From Mesotaenium endlicherianum (lineage: Eukaryota), in the NCBI GenBank assembly GCA_009602735.1, contig WELA01001939.1, positions 306,106-343,325 of the forward strand: a stretch of DNA of 37,220 bases, in the 5' to 3' direction. Below the pieces are notes generated by a model. It was not told the DNA's origin, did not search any database, and saw only the letters and a list, made by a program, of their open reading frames with translations. The number at the start of each line of letters is the position of its first letter. The first letter of the stretch is position 1. The translations under genes and the position numbers were made by a program. Below, piece by piece: positions 35,095-37,220 of the stretch.

Positions 35095-37139
35095 ACACAC
35101 ACAGGGAGGGAAAGTGTCATGTGGAGGGTGGCCTGCCTGCCAGGTCAGCATGTAAGCGGAGGTGCCTTGGAGGGTGGCAAGGGGGGAGGCTGACGTCTGG
35201 CAGGGGGGAACAGGCTCGGCGCGGGTTGGAGAGAGGAATGTGAAGAGAAGAGTCGAGCGAGAGTTCCTGGAGCTTCCAGGGTCTGAAGGGGGTCTGGACG
35301 TGTAGTGCCCGAACGTAGGCATTGACTTAGAAAGTGCTGGTCGGTACTGGGGATTGGGTTCAGGGCCAGGGTTTAGCTCTCGGCTCTTAAGAATAGTCCG
35401 CAAATAAGAGCAGGCTGCTGAGGCGTGTGGCACGTAAGCTGGGGGGAGTAAGGGAGGGGGATGCGGGGGAGGAGAGGGGGGAGAAAATACGGCANACTTG
35501 CGAGCCGGCAGAGCTTGAGTGTCGCCCCTGCAGTTCCTCTGCAGTAGCTGTGCGAAGAGCACAGGCACGGGGCACCCTCCCGCGAACCGCCGGCCCACCA
35601 GCCCACGTGGCACAGTACATCTGCACGAGCCTGCCGCGGCCCGCATCTGCGCGCATGCGGCACGCGAGCGAGCGTGCGTGCGTGCGTGCGTGCGTGCTTG
35701 CATTTGCTCGATATGCGCGCCGGCCGCCTCTGCCGGCAGGTGCCCATCCTTCAAGTCCACGGGGGTGAATAGGACAAAGGAATGTTCCTGTCTCTGTTCC
35801 TGTCTTTGTCTATGCTCTGACTCTGTCTCTCTTCATCACGTGGGAATGGGCGTGGGGCATGGGCGTGGTCGTTGGCGTGGATGTGCGAGCTGGTGTGTGT
35901 GCAGATGAGGGAGCAGAAGCGAGCGGAGACGCTGGCGAGCAAGCGCTCCTCCTCGGGGCCCCTGAGCCCGCCCCGCATCCTGGTACTGCCACGTCGTCCT
36001 CCCTCCCTCCCTCCCTCCCCTCCTCCCCTCTCCTCCTTCCCTCCCCTCCCTTCCCTCCCCTCCTCCCCTCTTGCTTTGGGTCAGTCACTTGAAAGCCTCG
36101 CTAGCCAGCCAGCCAGCCAGCACGTGTGTGGCCTCTTCACCTCAGCTCTAGCTGCGGAGTGCCTGTCTTTCCCCTCCCTTCTGCTCTGCTCTCGCTCTGC
36201 AGCTCTCCTGCGCCCGCGGCTCCCGCTGCATGCACGCTCCGCCGCCGTCGCCGCCGCTGCTGCTCCTCCTGCCCATGGCTGGCGTGGCCTGAAAGCACTA
36301 CGTGCTGCTGCTGGCCAGGTGATGCATTCCTTCGGTCTCTTGGGGCATCAGCTTCAGCCGGCTGCAGCAGAGCATGGGGTTAGAGGGGCCCTGGGTGGGG
36401 GCCGGAGGGGGGGTAGTGNTGGAGGGCGCGAGTTGCATGGTTCGTGTGGTTGCCATCAGCAAACGTCAGCTGCGGCAGCAGCAGCGGCAGCAGAGTGGGC
36501 GAGAGGGTAATTTGTAGAACGAGGTGCAAACTGACACCTGGAAGCGATCTGGCGTGCCAGCTGTAAGGGAGCCGCATGCTCACGTGGCAGGCACTGGCGT
36601 GTCGCTCGCATGCGCGGCACGTGCCTGAAGCTCACGCATGGCACCAGCAGAAACTGCCTGCAACCACGTGGATGCCAAGTGGCAGTGCTCCCTGGCAGCT
36701 CGCGTGATGAGGCGCTCGTTCTGACCCTTCTCTGAGCGTGTTTCAGATTTTTTTGCTTTTAACTGTTCCTTTCCACTTTGTGTTTCGTTCTTGGTTCAAA
36801 TTCTTTTGGCAGCTTCTGATTGGCCTGAACGAGCAGACAGATCTCGGGAAGCTTAAGGCCGCCTTGCTGGCGGCATGCCTGTCGTCGTCCGACGACGCCA
36901 CCTCGCTCGGCAGCGTCCGCGTCAGCAAGCCACCTGAGGAGGACACTGCCATGGAGACAGACGCTGGCGTTGATGCTGGCGCGGGTGCTGGCGCCGGCGA
37001 GGTCCTGCCGGCGGAAGAGGGTGGCCAGGTGGCAGGTTTGGGAGGCGCGGTTACCGTGGCTGTTCTGAAGCACAAGCTCCGGCTGACCCTGCTGGAGGCC
37101 AGCCACGGCGACGCCATGGGGTGCTTGGAGAAGATGAAG
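31966..37139 (+). CDS. TSR1: Pre-rRNA-processing protein TSR1 (40S assembly factor, Bms1/Tsr1 family), 5' partial: four exons, gene continues beyond the window
   Basis: Exons 31966-32056, 32698-32786, 35905-35982 and 36813-37139 are phase-consistent GT-AG. They translate to MAGGGSVQKNKSHKTRFASKSQRTKH...ARAQRLNSAKVMREQKRAETLASKR...PPRILLLIGL...KLRLTLLEASHGDAMGCLEKMK. This matches my recollection of the plant TSR1 N-terminus (NKxHKTRFxSKS; LREQKR; PRVIVL; KLRxTVLxAxHGD). Confidence 0.85.
33367..33567. repeat. 105-bp-period imperfect direct repeat in TSR1 intron 2
   Basis: ctaatt(a/c)atgacaagc...tgacctcc..atagtgacaca...tgcaagcaa...cctagt..ggaa..gggcc occurs at 33367-33463 and 33472-33567, with a partial copy at ~33315-33360. 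Confidence 0.8.
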
Positions 37140-37220
37140 GTGAGGGAGCAGGAGAGCGCGTGCGCGCGCGCTTGCGAGTGAGAGGGAGAGGGAGGGTGTG
37201 GAGGGAGGGGGGAGGGAGGG

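Noticed and set aside
36203..36318. AG/GT-bounded Ala-rich segment in TSR1 intron 3 as an extra exon
   Set aside because: Its 116-nt length would break the frame, and exon 3 joins exon 4 directly to give the conserved PPRILLLIGL.
36700..36738. GTGATGA...CTGA resembling box C/D snoRNA motifs in a TSR1 intron
   Set aside because: The span is under 40 nt, too short for a snoRNA, and I could not identify an rRNA guide.

Overview
Eukaryotic, intron-rich, GC- and microsatellite-rich genomic DNA from a gapped draft assembly. It is probably a streptophyte green alga, inferred from two plant-like genes and not confirmed. Most long ORFs in the track are low-complexity or antisense shadows. Manual splicing gives three genes. 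(1) An 18-exon membrane-bound hybrid histidine kinase on + (3324-16377, ~1262 aa; TM-extracellular Cache-like-TM-HAMP-HisKA-HATPase_c-REC-REC). (2) An 11-exon alpha/beta-hydrolase of the plant ABHD11-like type on - (28225-20109, ~446 aa). (3) The first four coding exons of TSR1 on + (from 31966, truncated by the window end). A 239-bp hAT-type MITE with a perfect 8-bp target-site duplication lies upstream of TSR1. The most notable points are the HAMP-containing, Sln1/TcsB-like sensor kinase (unlike canonical land-plant kinases), a diverged duplicate of part of kinase exon 13 that begins at an assembly N, tandemly amplified splice acceptors in the hydrolase gene, and introns with C/T-rich 5' ends and G-rich 3' ends.
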